DNA of 64,000 bases from a virus. Its lineage: Duplodnaviria; Caudoviricetes. The stretch lies in the IMG/VR virus record IMGVR_UViG_3300021255_000131, positions 1 through 64,000 of that record; one strand, written 5' to 3'. The notes beneath the pieces were generated by a model that was not told where the DNA came from, made no database searches, and worked only from the letters and a program-made list of their open reading frames with translations. Made by a program: the position numbers and the translations under genes. Each line of letters begins with the position of its first letter. Position 1 is the first letter of the stretch. Positions 40,805 through 50,657 of this stretch are shown here, piece by piece.

Positions 40805-43800
40805 TTACACCTCTTTCTCTTTGATCGTGTGATAGGCAACCGCCCATATATCCGTCTGGTCAAGCTCAATGCGCTTACCGTCTTTATACATGCACCGTCG
40901 CTGCTCTTTCCATTTATCCAGACAGATGATTTGCCCGGCGGTCAGAGGATTTGCCCTGAACAGGTCTTTGCGAACCTTTGCAACGCCGGACTTACCTCTG
41001 CAAATATTATACAGCTTTATTTTTATTCCATATAAATCGTCAATTTCCTGCACGAAATACAGGTTGGACTCTGAAAAAGGATCGCAGGACAGGCAAATGC
41101 ACATGAACTCCAGCTCAGCGCGGAGCTGTTCTGCAATCGGGAGATCTTCGTTTGGAAGATCGTGTTCCATCTGTATCAAATGCTGAGTTCGGGCAGTAAC
41201 CGATTTTTCTGACAGGGTTTTTGTCAAGCGGTTCTTGCCATCTTTGAACTCGTTGAACACCTGAAGCAGCATTGCGCTGCCGCCAAAGGCGGAGAAATAG
41301 CCGAGACGAATCAGCAATTCAATCTGATTCTTTCGGACGCAGGATTCCATCTGTAACGCTCTGAGCAGAGACGTGAAGCTGTCGAACTGTCGTTGCCCAA
41401 GCGTATAAAGGTCTTCAGCGGCGAGCTGAGACATATCCTTGATGGAAGAAAGACTTTGAGAAATTGTTTTGTTTTCTTTATCAATGTACCAGTCCCGATT
41501 GTCCTGGCCAAACTTGCCAGGCGTCATGCGGATATGCCGGTACCGTTTCATCTCGTCGACGATCAGGGCTACCTTGGCCTTGTTGCCTTTCTCTGTGTAA
41601 AGTTTCAGCATCGTCGTATAAAATTCGTACGGGAAATGCGCTTTCAGATACGCGCCGTACAAGGAATCACAGGCCATTGAAAAAGCGTGAGCTGCACAAA
41701 ACATGTAACTCGCGGCATCGTTGATGATGGTCCAAACCTTTTCAACAATGTCGGCCGCTTCAGCGTCTGACGCGTGCTCTTTTTCTTTCAGCGTCTGTGT
41801 GAAACCTTCTTTGAAACGCTCCTTGAAAGAAGCTACTTTGGCGGCCTTCTTCTTCTTGATGGCTTTGCAGCATGTATATGCGTCTGCTGCGGAGATGCCA
41901 GCCGCCTGTAAAATCGTGAGGATCTGTTCATCGAACATCAGAAATGATGCAGGGATCTCTTTCGTTTGCAACAGTTGATCCAGCGACGGAATGCCGTAGC
42001 TGAAAGGCTGTCTCGCCACAAACGTGGACAGCATGGATTTGAAGCCGGGACGCACAGCCGCAATAAAGGCGGCAAGTTCTACCACGTTAGTTGGCTTGTA
42101 TTGCTTGACCCGTTCGGTGGTTTTCTCTCGCTCCACCTGGTTGAGCCCCATGGTGAAGCCGTTGGCGTAGAGATTCCAGACTTCTGGATCATCCTTCACC
42201 TTGTCCAGCAGTTCGTCCACCGACATGACCGGCAGGCCGCAGGCTTTGAACGCGGCGTCGATGGTTTTCACAACGTCAACGCGCAGGTAATCAGCCTTGA
42301 GATAACCGTAAGCGTCAGCGGTCTGACCATCAATATATGCCGCATATACAGCTTCTTTATTGCCGGACTTTGCCTTGACCCTGATGACGCCAATCTCACG
42401 CCGGATGTCTTTGTCCAGCAGCAGATGTGCGCAGGGGTGAGGCGACATGTTGGTGACAATGCCCTGATATTGCCGGCTGTCTTCAATGAGCTGCAGATAC
42501 TTTTGATCCACATAGTCCTCGATGTGAACATCGTCTTCGGCGTTATAATCAGGATCGTCCTGATTGTTTTCCCAGGCGTGCTTCAAATCGTTCTGATACG
42601 CCTTCAGCTGCTTGGAAATCTCATTAGAAGTATCGAAGTCCAGATTTCTGGCCCTGGCCAGCAGCTTGAACGCTGACAGCACCTTGTTGGTGCCGAAGGC
42701 GATCATTGGCAGGCAGCCCCACTCGCCGAGAATTTCCTTGCCGGCCTTCTCGAAGGCCGGAACATTGGCCATATTCAGATCCAGATCCGGGAGGGCACCG
42801 CTGGCCAAGCGTTCCCGTGAGATGAATCTTGCCGGGTACAGTTTGACCGGGCATTTGAGACGGTTGATTGACGTAAAGCCCAACGCGTAATTGGTGCCGA
42901 ATGATACGCCGGAGCCTCTGCCTGTCGTCGTGAGTACGCCGCCATACTGTATGCCTTTATCCACAATGTCTTTCATGGCAATAAAGTAATCGGCGGTTCC
43001 GGTATCGACAACGGCGTCCATTTCCTCATGGATCGCGGCGGCTTCCTCTTTGTTTGGCATACCGGCCTTTTCGATATAGCCGTAGCAGCACTCCTTCTGA
43101 TACAGCTTATTGCGCTGCTGCGGGGTCAGATCAGGACGCGAGCAGGGGATCTTCTTTTCCGTTGTGAAATGAAGGCCTTCAAAATCCCTGAGCTGCAGGG
43201 TATTCTGCATGGCTTCCTCAATCTGGGCGCGGCTCAGAACATGTTGAAATTCCAGCATCTGATAAGCCTCTTCCGCCGTAGGCAGATACAGATCGAACTC
43301 GTCCTCGTACCCGTTGTTGATGCCGGAAGAAAGCAGTTGCTCCTTGCGAAGCATCGCGTCTTCATGGCGGATATAATGGCTGTCCGTACCGTAGATCAGC
43401 GGGATGTCGAGCTTTCTGTACAGCTCCAGGATTTTCTTATTGTGCTCGACCTGGATAGCCTGCGGATGGTGCTGCACTTCAAGGTATAAATTTTCCCTGA
43501 AAATCTGCTTCAGCCTTCCTACGATGTCCTCGGCCCTGGAATCCCTTGCCGGACCTGCCACGCACGCTGTGGTGCACAGAAATTTTGCTGGATCCAGACG
43601 GGAAAGCAGGTCAAAATCGACACGCGCCTTTCGGAAGAAGCCGGACAGGTTCGCTTCGGACAGGATTTCATTCAGCTCATAGAAGCCTTCCATGTCTTTT
43701 GCGATCAGGATCAGGTGAAAGTTACGATCATCCTTCAGTTCCGGATTACGATCCGGAACGAAGTAGCATTCCGCCGCCGCCAAAGCAACCATGTTCAGCT

Positions 43801-43981
43801 TCGAGGCGACCTCGAACTGGCGCCAGACATTGGAGCGATTGCCGTGCTCGGACATACACAAAACACGCTGCCCGCGCTCGGCGTAAGCTTTGGCGTAATC
43901 CTCGATAGCCATGGTGGAATCCGGCTGCGTCAAAGGATTGGAGTAGTAGGTATGACAGTGATAGTTTTCGTACTCAAGCAC
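40805..43981 (-). CDS. dnaE: DNA polymerase III alpha subunit (family C)
   Basis: PHP domain (HCHTYYS, EHG, TDSHY), 'GRGSG', 'LPDLD', 'KADYL' and 'FCAAHA'. Confidence 0.95.
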   Translation of the reverse strand: MLEYENYHCHTYYSNPLTQPDSTMAIEDYAKAYAERGQRVLCMSEHGNRSNVWRQFEVASKLNMVALAAAECYFVPDRNPELKDDRNFHLILIAKDMEGFYELNEILSEANLSGFFRKARVDFDLLSRLDPAKFLCTTACVAGPARDSRAEDIVGRLKQIFRENLYLEVQHHPQAIQVEHNKKILELYRKLDIPLIYGTDSHYIRHEDAMLRKEQLLSSGINNGYEDEFDLYLPTAEEAYQMLEFQHVLSRAQIEEAMQNTLQLRDFEGLHFTTEKKIPCSRPDLTPQQRNKLYQKECCYGYIEKAGMPNKEEAAAIHEEMDAVVDTGTADYFIAMKDIVDKGIQYGGVLTTTGRGSGVSFGTNYALGFTSINRLKCPVKLYPARFISRERLASGALPDLDLNMANVPAFEKAGKEILGEWGCLPMIAFGTNKVLSAFKLLARARNLDFDTSNEISKQLKAYQNDLKHAWENNQDDPDYNAEDDVHIEDYVDQKYLQLIEDSRQYQGIVTNMSPHPCAHLLLDKDIRREIGVIRVKAKSGNKEAVYAAYIDGQTADAYGYLKADYLRVDVVKTIDAAFKACGLPVMSVDELLDKVKDDPEVWNLYANGFTMGLNQVEREKTTERVKQYKPTNVVELAAFIAAVRPGFKSMLSTFVARQPFSYGIPSLDQLLQTKEIPASFLMFDEQILTILQAAGISAADAYTCCKAIKKKKAAKVASFKERFKEGFTQTLKEKEHASDAEAADIVEKVWTIINDAASYMFCAAHAFSMACDSLYGAYLKAHFPYEFYTTMLKLYTEKGNKAKVALIVDEMKRYRHIRMTPGKFGQDNRDWYIDKENKTISQSLSSIKDMSQLAAEDLYTLGQRQFDSFTSLLRALQMESCVRKNQIELLIRLGYFSAFGGSAMLLQVFNEFKDGKNRLTKTLSEKSVTARTQHLIQMEHDLPNEDLPIAEQLRAELEFMCICLSCDPFSESNLYFVQEIDDLYGIKIKLYNICRGKSGVAKVRKDLFRANPLTAGQIICLDKWKEQRRCMYKDGKRIELDQTDIWAVAYHTIKEKEV

Positions 43982-43995
43982 AGCTTTTCACCACC

Positions 43996-44778
43996 TTACC
44001 TTTTGCGCTTGTAAGGCTGCCCGTTTGCGCAGTGATCGCGCATATTGCACAGATTTTGACAGAAGAAATCCGGCTCCGGTTTCTGCTCGAGCCAATCGAG
44101 CATTTCAAAGGACTCGATCTTGCCCATGATTTCGTCAGCCCAGGCCAGGGCGGCGTCAAAATCCTGCTTGATAAACGGGCGGGAGATGCGCATGCCATCT
44201 TCCTTGAAGAGGTTGAACATCATTTGATCCGGCCATTTGCCATATGTTTCGTAGACGTGCTGCGAATAGATGAGCTGCTGACGGAACATGGCGTCTTCGT
44301 TTTTCATGAAGGATTTCAAGGACTTGGATTTGTGGTCGACGATGATGAGCTCGCCGGTCTTTTGATCTTCGGCAATCATATCGACGATGCCGACGAATGG
44401 GCGGCCGCAGATGTTGTTCTTGAACTTCGTTTCTGTGCCGATAATTTTCAAGCCCTCGAACTCATCGAAGGTTTCAAAGTAACGCAGGCCGGCTTCGTAC
44501 GTCTTTTCCACATAGCCTTTCGCGGCAAGGATCCGTGGGAACTGGGTGACGACTTCGTCCGGGTAGCGTCGCGCATACTCCACCGGCAGCTGCTCCTTGG
44601 TAAGCAAGCCTTTGGCCCATTGATCGATCAGATCATGGATCAGCGTGCCTTGCTCGGCAAAGCCGTTGGACTTTTGCGGCAGGCCCTCCATGCGCTGGAG
44701 GTAGAAGCTGTAAGGACACTCCTCAAAAGACGTCAGCTGAGAATAGGAATAGATATGATTTTCTCTTAGCAGACCCAT
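43996..44778 (-). CDS. PD-(D/E)xK nuclease, Cas4/AddB-like
   Basis: 'SYSQLTSFEECP', 'GTLIH', 'GIVD..IVDHKS', 'QQLIY' and C-terminal CxxxCx4C. Confidence 0.85.
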   Translation of the reverse strand: MGLLRENHIYSYSQLTSFEECPYSFYLQRMEGLPQKSNGFAEQGTLIHDLIDQWAKGLLTKEQLPVEYARRYPDEVVTQFPRILAAKGYVEKTYEAGLRYFETFDEFEGLKIIGTETKFKNNICGRPFVGIVDMIAEDQKTGELIIVDHKSKSLKSFMKNEDAMFRQQLIYSQHVYETYGKWPDQMMFNLFKEDGMRISRPFIKQDFDAALAWADEIMGKIESFEMLDWLEQKPEPDFFCQNLCNMRDHCANGQPYKRKR

Positions 44779-46079
44779 GCGTGTTCTCCATGCTTGATCT
44801 TGATCGGTTCAAAGTCAGCAACGGCGTCGCCAGCGACATGCGCAGACAGCGGGATCGGCAGTACTGATTCCACGCCGGAGGAAGACACGACCATGCAGAC
44901 CTGCACAGGCGGGCCGTACAGGCGCTTCTTCATGGTGTACTCGTCGCCAGAGCCGCACACGGAACCGTTGTGGATATAGTTGGTATGCTCCATACGCGCG
45001 TCGAAGATGTGCGTGTGTCCGGCGACGATGGTATCGACATGCCGGCCGAGCAGGTATTCGATACGCTGCGCGGAGGCTTTCAGATCCGGATCCATATCGC
45101 CATGCACGGACACGTACGTGTTGCCAAAGATATCGAACAGGCCGATGGTGTTGTCCAGAGCGTTCTCGACAAACACGACGTTTGAGAAATGCTCGAGCTT
45201 TGTTGCGCAGTACCAGGGGATCAGGTTATCCAGCTTCTCGCCGCGCAGGGCGTCGCTAAAGCTGGGATCGACTCGAGAGTGATTGCCGGGAACGGAGTTC
45301 ACATAGACGTGCCTGAACGATTCCGCCAGCATGCGAAGGAATTCAGAGACGAGCTCCGACGCGCCGACAACCTGGCGCACGATGTTTTCCCGGTTCTCCA
45401 GACGGATGGTCTGGTGAATGATACCGGACATCATATCGCCAAGCAGGGAAACGTAAATGGTGTTGATGTTCTCCGAAAAGCCGATGTTGATAAGCTTCTG
45501 CGCGTAGTGCAATACGCGGGAACTCGCGACAGACGGATCATACGTGCCGGCGCGGGACATGAACGCGATGCCGTAATGCACGTCAGACAGTAGGGCGTAG
45601 AGGGCGCGCTGCGTCGGCGCCTCCTCGGGCGCCGCCTTGCGCTTCGGTGGATCGAAGCGTTTGATTTCTTCCCGAAAGATCTCGGCGACGTTGACCGCTC
45701 TCGCTGCGCGGCGCATGACGCGATTCTGATCCGTGCGGATGTCCTGAATGAGCGCGCGTTCCCGCTGCGCTTCGGCGAGATATGCTTTGATGCCGCCATC
45801 CTTGAGCTCTGGGAGCTGCTCGGGCGGATCGTATGGGAGCTCGTCGGGATCGAGCTCCCGGTGTACAGGCGGGTTTTGCTGCAGCCGCCTGAAGCGTTTG
45901 CGCCAGCTTGAATCATCCCACGGCGGGAGATGCGGGCGTAAGACGCTGTTGAAGATGCTTGAAAGTTCTGGCCAGGTAGACTGTATCGTCCCGGCTTCCT
46001 TTAAGCAGCCGAGACGATACAGATATTCGTCCTGGATCTCTCCGGGACGAAGCTCGTAGATATCGCTTATAAGAACCAA
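44766..46079 (-). CDS. Metallophosphoesterase/nuclease
   Basis: LSDVH, LGD, GNH, VHGD and AGHTH motifs. Confidence 0.85.
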   Translation of the reverse strand: MVLISDIYELRPGEIQDEYLYRLGCLKEAGTIQSTWPELSSIFNSVLRPHLPPWDDSSWRKRFRRLQQNPPVHRELDPDELPYDPPEQLPELKDGGIKAYLAEAQRERALIQDIRTDQNRVMRRAARAVNVAEIFREEIKRFDPPKRKAAPEEAPTQRALYALLSDVHYGIAFMSRAGTYDPSVASSRVLHYAQKLINIGFSENINTIYVSLLGDMMSGIIHQTIRLENRENIVRQVVGASELVSEFLRMLAESFRHVYVNSVPGNHSRVDPSFSDALRGEKLDNLIPWYCATKLEHFSNVVFVENALDNTIGLFDIFGNTYVSVHGDMDPDLKASAQRIEYLLGRHVDTIVAGHTHIFDARMEHTNYIHNGSVCGSGDEYTMKKRLYGPPVQVCMVVSSSGVESVLPIPLSAHVAGDAVADFEPIKIKHGEHAWVC

Positions 46080-46087
46080 CTTCTTTC

Positions 46088-47938
46088 TCAGAAGGGCGCT
46101 CCAGCACTGACAGAAACACCGCGCTGCACTTTGAACTCGGGCAGCGAACCGGCGGGATCTTCAGGCATGGTGATGCCCGTATGGTCCCAGCTGTAACGCA
46201 CATGATCGCCGGCGGCCGTCTGAAAGATACGGCGGTTGCAGGGATCAAAGGAGCATTCGATGACAGGCTCAACGCCAAACTCGCGGTTCTTGCACACACG
46301 GATATTGGGCTTCTCGATATTGAGCACTGTATCAGCCAGGTTGGTGATGTTCGAAGAGCCTGCCACGTCGTCGTTCTGGAAGATGGCGTCGGCCCTGGTT
46401 TTACGTGGATGGGCAACGAGTATAACAGCCACCTTGTTCTTGACGGCAAAGCTCTTCAGGGCGCTGACAAAGTCAGACTGTGCTTTGTTTTCTTCTTCGG
46501 CAGAGCATTGCAGGGAAGACATCAGATTATCCACAAGGAACAGCTTGCAGCCATACCGACGGGCGCAGACGGAGAACACGTCCAGAATCGCTTCCTGCGT
46601 CGTCTTCTTGGTGACAAGCGTGTTGTCAAACAGGAAGAATTTGCCATCGATATAATCGCGGATCCGCTTCTGGATTTCAGGCGGTACGACGGTGAAGCGC
46701 TTATTGCTGACGCCGTCTGTTCCGTAAGCGATGTACTTGCTTTCAGTGGCCTGAAGCATGATCCACTCCAGGAACTTATAAGCCGGCAGCTCACCGGAAT
46801 ACGCGCACACGGTGTGGCCCTGCTCAATGGCGTTCAGACAGAACTGACCACCGAGGGTGGACTTGCCATGCCCGCGCTTGCCGGAGCAAACGGTGAGGGA
46901 GCCTTCGGCGAGGCCGCCGATGGCGTTGTCCAGCGCTGGAATGCGGGTATAGATGCGCGGCACTTTGGTCGGATCCACGAACTGCACGGATGCCAGGTTC
47001 AGGATGCCCTGCACAGGAGCAGGCTCACACTGGTCCACGACAGCTTTTAAGCCTTCTTTTCCCCAGCAGATCAGGATCTCGTTGGCATCCTTGCAGTTGC
47101 GGCCATAGTCTTTCCCGTTGAAGACGGCCTGCGGATATTCCGCAGGAATCATGCAGCGATCTTCACCCAAACGGGACATGAGCGTGGTCATCATATTGAT
47201 GCCAGGCTCGTCCATGTCGCCGAACAGGATGATCTGCTGAAACTTTTCAAGCCAGTTCCAGCAAGTATCGACCCACTCCATGTTATTGCAGCCACATGGC
47301 ACGGAGACGGCATTGGTGACGCCGGCTTCGTACAGGGACAGAGCGTCAATCTCACCCTCGGTGATGATCAGCGGCTTGTGGAAGGACACGAGATCCATGC
47401 CGAACAGGATGGGCTGCGTGTTGGCCATCTGCCATTCCTTGCCCATCTTGGACGTTGCCTTATCGAACGCCTTGGGCTCACGGTACTTGACGTAGATCAG
47501 CTTGTCATCCCGATAGAACGGGAACACGATGTTGCCGTTCGCGTCGCAGCCGACTTTATAGGCGGCCAGCGTTTCAGGGCTGAGCTTGCGCTGACCCAGA
47601 TAGTTAAGCGCTGTTTCGGTCAGAGGCAGCACATCTTCCGGATTCGGACGGGCGTACAGCTTCTTGCCTTTTGCGCCGCCGAAGCTTACGGAGATCGTTT
47701 CAGGAGCTTCTTCACCGAAATAGTTGCACAGCTCACGGAAAGAGCCGGACTTGCCGCACTGGCCGCGCTTGCAGTTGAACGCGCCGTTGTACAGTCCGAC
47801 GGCGAACGTATCCTGATCCCGGGAGTCGCCGCCTTCGCAGAACGGGCAGTATTTCGGGATCAATTCGCCGTTGCGGATCTTATAGGAACCAAAGTGCTTG
47901 GTGGCCATCGCTTTGACGGCGTCACTGATATTTTCCAT
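46088..47938 (-). CDS. Primase-helicase (T7 gp4/Twinkle-like)
   Basis: Zn finger CPFC..C..C; TOPRIM 'TEGEIDAL', 'DMDEPG', 'KDANE'; Walker A 'GKRGHGKST'; 'VDNL', 'VAHPRK', 'KNR'. Confidence 0.92.
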   Translation of the reverse strand: MENISDAVKAMATKHFGSYKIRNGELIPKYCPFCEGGDSRDQDTFAVGLYNGAFNCKRGQCGKSGSFRELCNYFGEEAPETISVSFGGAKGKKLYARPNPEDVLPLTETALNYLGQRKLSPETLAAYKVGCDANGNIVFPFYRDDKLIYVKYREPKAFDKATSKMGKEWQMANTQPILFGMDLVSFHKPLIITEGEIDALSLYEAGVTNAVSVPCGCNNMEWVDTCWNWLEKFQQIILFGDMDEPGINMMTTLMSRLGEDRCMIPAEYPQAVFNGKDYGRNCKDANEILICWGKEGLKAVVDQCEPAPVQGILNLASVQFVDPTKVPRIYTRIPALDNAIGGLAEGSLTVCSGKRGHGKSTLGGQFCLNAIEQGHTVCAYSGELPAYKFLEWIMLQATESKYIAYGTDGVSNKRFTVVPPEIQKRIRDYIDGKFFLFDNTLVTKKTTQEAILDVFSVCARRYGCKLFLVDNLMSSLQCSAEEENKAQSDFVSALKSFAVKNKVAVILVAHPRKTRADAIFQNDDVAGSSNITNLADTVLNIEKPNIRVCKNREFGVEPVIECSFDPCNRRIFQTAAGDHVRYSWDHTGITMPEDPAGSLPEFKVQRGVSVSAGAPF

Positions 47939-48349
47939 ACAATAAACTACCTTCTTCTTTCTTTTATTTTCGTCAGCCGAATGTTTTCGTCGAGCTTAAT
48001 ATGGTTTTGTCCGCCCCTGAGAGGGCGGAACAAACAAACATAAGCAGAAACGTTTTTGTTTCAATAGAAATAAGCGCGAGTGACAGAGGGATAAGACGAA
48101 AGACCGCTCCTTACGTGACACGCCTAATGTTAAATGCTGTAAAGCGCCAGGTGTTACGCGTAAGACGACCAATATAACAAACGATCCCAGATGGTGGAAC
48201 CCATTTGCCTAAACTTGTTGTCAACAAGAGCGAATTGAACGTTTCCCGTGCGCCGCGCGAAGCGGAATACAGAAAGCGTTGAACACGCGGATAAAAACGT
48301 TTGCTGTTCATATTCATCTGTTCAGCCTTCTCAGGGGCGGACAGTTAAA

Positions 48350-48967
48350 TCAACTGAGTATACCTGCCGACGCTGCGGCAGTCAGACAGGAATCATTGAC
48401 GCTGAAGGCCGGATCAAAGTTGACTTCTACGTCAATCAGGATCCGATCAATCTCGGCGGAACGTTCGTCCGCCTGGTCCATCAGCTTTTTCGAGGCTTCG
48501 GCAGCGACCTTCGGATCAAGCACGGGCGTCTTTTTGACGACGACCGGATACAGATACTGAGACGCGCCTGTATCGTTGATGAATGTACCGGTGCTGGTTG
48601 TGCGTTGCTCCGACTCCTTCAGTCCTGCGAGCTGGCGGAACTTGAGCCCGATGGCCCGCATCTCTCGCGCTGTATCGAGCGTGCTCTTATAGCCGGCGGC
48701 GTTCATAGCCATCGACGCGTCAATTGCCTGAGAGACCGCCGCGTACTCTTGCAGGAGTACGCGGATGAACTCAAACGCCTGGGCGGCGTTGAAGCCGGTT
48801 CTCGATGGGACAGACGCGTCGATCAGCTCGTCCTTTTCAGCGGGGACGACAGAGTGCTTCAGGTGCGCTTCAGTTGTCTTGTACTTGCCCTGATCGTCAA
48901 AGAGGAGCAGTTCGCTGATCCACTCTCCGAGTTGGCTTTTATAACGGAATGCGTCTTTGAGCTTCAT
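48350..48967 (-). CDS. Helical hypothetical protein followed by a ~335-nt structured element
   Basis: 205 aa with AAGGAG RBS; no recognised motif. Confidence 0.65.
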   Translation of the reverse strand: MKLKDAFRYKSQLGEWISELLLFDDQGKYKTTEAHLKHSVVPAEKDELIDASVPSRTGFNAAQAFEFIRVLLQEYAAVSQAIDASMAMNAAGYKSTLDTAREMRAIGLKFRQLAGLKESEQRTTSTGTFINDTGASQYLYPVVVKKTPVLDPKVAAEASKKLMDQADERSAEIDRILIDVEVNFDPAFSVNDSCLTAAASAGILS

Positions 48968-48976
48968 AAACGCTCC

Positions 48977-49375
48977 TTAGGCGCCGAACGGATCATCGTC
49001 GACGGGCATCGGGGCGGCCGCGGGCGAACGGGCTTCAGCGCCCTTAGCCTTGGCTGTGATCTTGACCTTGAACGCGTCAACGCGCAGGCGCACGCGCTTC
49101 TGGTTGTCCTTCTGGCTGACATATTCGACCATCGACAGATCGCCGACAACCTGCACAGCCGTACCCTTTTCGGCGTGCTGCACGAAAGCTTCGCCGCGCG
49201 GACCCCAGAGAGAGACGTCGTAGAAGTTTGTATCGAAGGTGCCATCGGGTTTCTTGACGGCGGTCGAGACGGCGACGGTAAAGGCCGCCACCTTCGATTT
49301 GGTTGCGCCGACTTCCTTCAGTTCGGGATCACGGACGAGGTTGCCATGGATGACGACAGTTGCATCATTTGCCAT
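48977..49375 (-). CDS. ssb: Single-stranded DNA-binding protein
   Basis: 'GNLVRDPEL', 'FTVAV', 'KGTAVQVVGDL' and acidic tail DDDPF. Confidence 0.92.
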   Translation of the reverse strand: MANDATVVIHGNLVRDPELKEVGATKSKVAAFTVAVSTAVKKPDGTFDTNFYDVSLWGPRGEAFVQHAEKGTAVQVVGDLSMVEYVSQKDNQKRVRLRVDAFKVKITAKAKGAEARSPAAAPMPVDDDPFGA

Positions 49376-49464
49376 AATTGTTTTCTCCTTTTTCGTTGGC
49401 TGATTTGTTTTTGAGAAGGGACCATTCTCTTCTCATATATATCCATTCTTGAATGTCGACATGC

Positions 49465-50136
49465 TTATGCCGCTTCAAGCTTGGCTAACAGGTCTGCAAG
49501 TTTCTCCGCGTCGGTGCACTTGAGATAGTTGGACATGCCGAGCACCGGCTCTACCTTTTCAACGGCGAACTTGCGCTTTTCATCCGGAGACATGGAACGG
49601 ATGAGCGTTTTGATTTTCGAGTCTACCTTGTTGAGAACGACGGCGAGATCGGCCTTTTGCTGCCTGGTCGCGTCGTCCTCTTCCGGCAAATCTTCGCCGG
49701 CGTAGATATACAAGCCGAGGCCGTGACGCGCAATAGCCTTGGTCAGCGAACGCTGAATGGCCTTATTGACCTGCATGGAGGTAACGGCGTCGGCCGGAAT
49801 CGAAGCATTCTTGAAGTCCATGACGGGCAGTTCTTCGATATACTCCTGAACGTAATCGCCGTCGACCACGGTGACGCCGGTCTTGACCCAGCATGTGCGG
49901 CCATCGGTGAAGTAGTTCCAGTCATCCTTGTTGTGGTAAACGGTATAGTAGGACAGGGGATAGCGCTTTTTCAGCTCCGCCCAGGCCCAGGCCCAGCTCA
50001 GATAGGTCAGACCGTTCTTCTTTTCCGTGTGTTTGGTAACGTCGATTTGGTTTAAGACGCTGAATACGGACTGTACTTTGGCTTCCGCGGCCGCCGCTTC
50101 GGGCGCGGCGGCCTCCGCTTTCTTGACGGGAGGCAT
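49465..50136 (-). CDS. Sak/Rad52-like single-strand annealing protein (DUF1071)
   Basis: 'KKNGLTYLSWAWAW', 'LPVMD' and 'NKAIQRSLTKAIARHGLGLYIYAGEDLP'. Confidence 0.9.
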   Translation of the reverse strand: MPPVKKAEAAAPEAAAAEAKVQSVFSVLNQIDVTKHTEKKNGLTYLSWAWAWAELKKRYPLSYYTVYHNKDDWNYFTDGRTCWVKTGVTVVDGDYVQEYIEELPVMDFKNASIPADAVTSMQVNKAIQRSLTKAIARHGLGLYIYAGEDLPEEDDATRQQKADLAVVLNKVDSKIKTLIRSMSPDEKRKFAVEKVEPVLGMSNYLKCTDAEKLADLLAKLEAA

Positions 50137-50153
50137 TGAAACACTCCTTTCTT

Positions 50154-50657
50154 TTATTGATGTAGTTTGGGTTTAGCATTGGACGACGTGAGATGATAGA
50201 AATGATCATCCCGCGTCAGGATCTCTGACATCAGAGGTTTCTTTTCCCAGAAAGCTTTGAGCCTGGCGAAGCCCTGGTCGGCCACCCTGCCAATATCCGG
50301 ATCGGGCACGCGCTTGATGAAGAGCGCGGGCCCTGTCTGATAGCCGGAAATATCGCACGGGAACCAGAACAGTCCGCCTTCCGGGTAGTATTTGCGCATC
50401 TTCTTGTTCTTGCGCCGGCCTGTTTGATACATCGTATCCCGCGTGCGGTAGCAGGAGAGAAAATCGATCATCTCCTCATGCCCGGTCAGCGTGGTGACAA
50501 GGACCTTCGGCATGGCGCCCAAGGTATTGTCCGGCTGAACGACGCGCCAGGGGGCGCGGCTTTCCGCCGTGCCCCTGGTTTTGCAGAGCACGTAAGAGGG
50601 AACGATGTTGCCTTTGCGCATATCCGTTTTCTTTACAATGGCGAGGTAGTAATACAT
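50154..50657 (-). CDS. Hypothetical basic protein
   Basis: AAGGAGG RBS; overlaps the 3' end of the RNA polymerase gene. Confidence 0.6.
   Translation of the reverse strand: MYYYLAIVKKTDMRKGNIVPSYVLCKTRGTAESRAPWRVVQPDNTLGAMPKVLVTTLTGHEEMIDFLSCYRTRDTMYQTGRRKNKKMRKYYPEGGLFWFPCDISGYQTGPALFIKRVPDPDIGRVADQGFARLKAFWEKKPLMSEILTRDDHFYHLTSSNAKPKLHQ

Noticed and set aside
36772-43981. Inteins or introns in nrdD and dnaE
   Set aside because: Lengths are normal, reading frames are continuous and no splice-junction motifs are seen.
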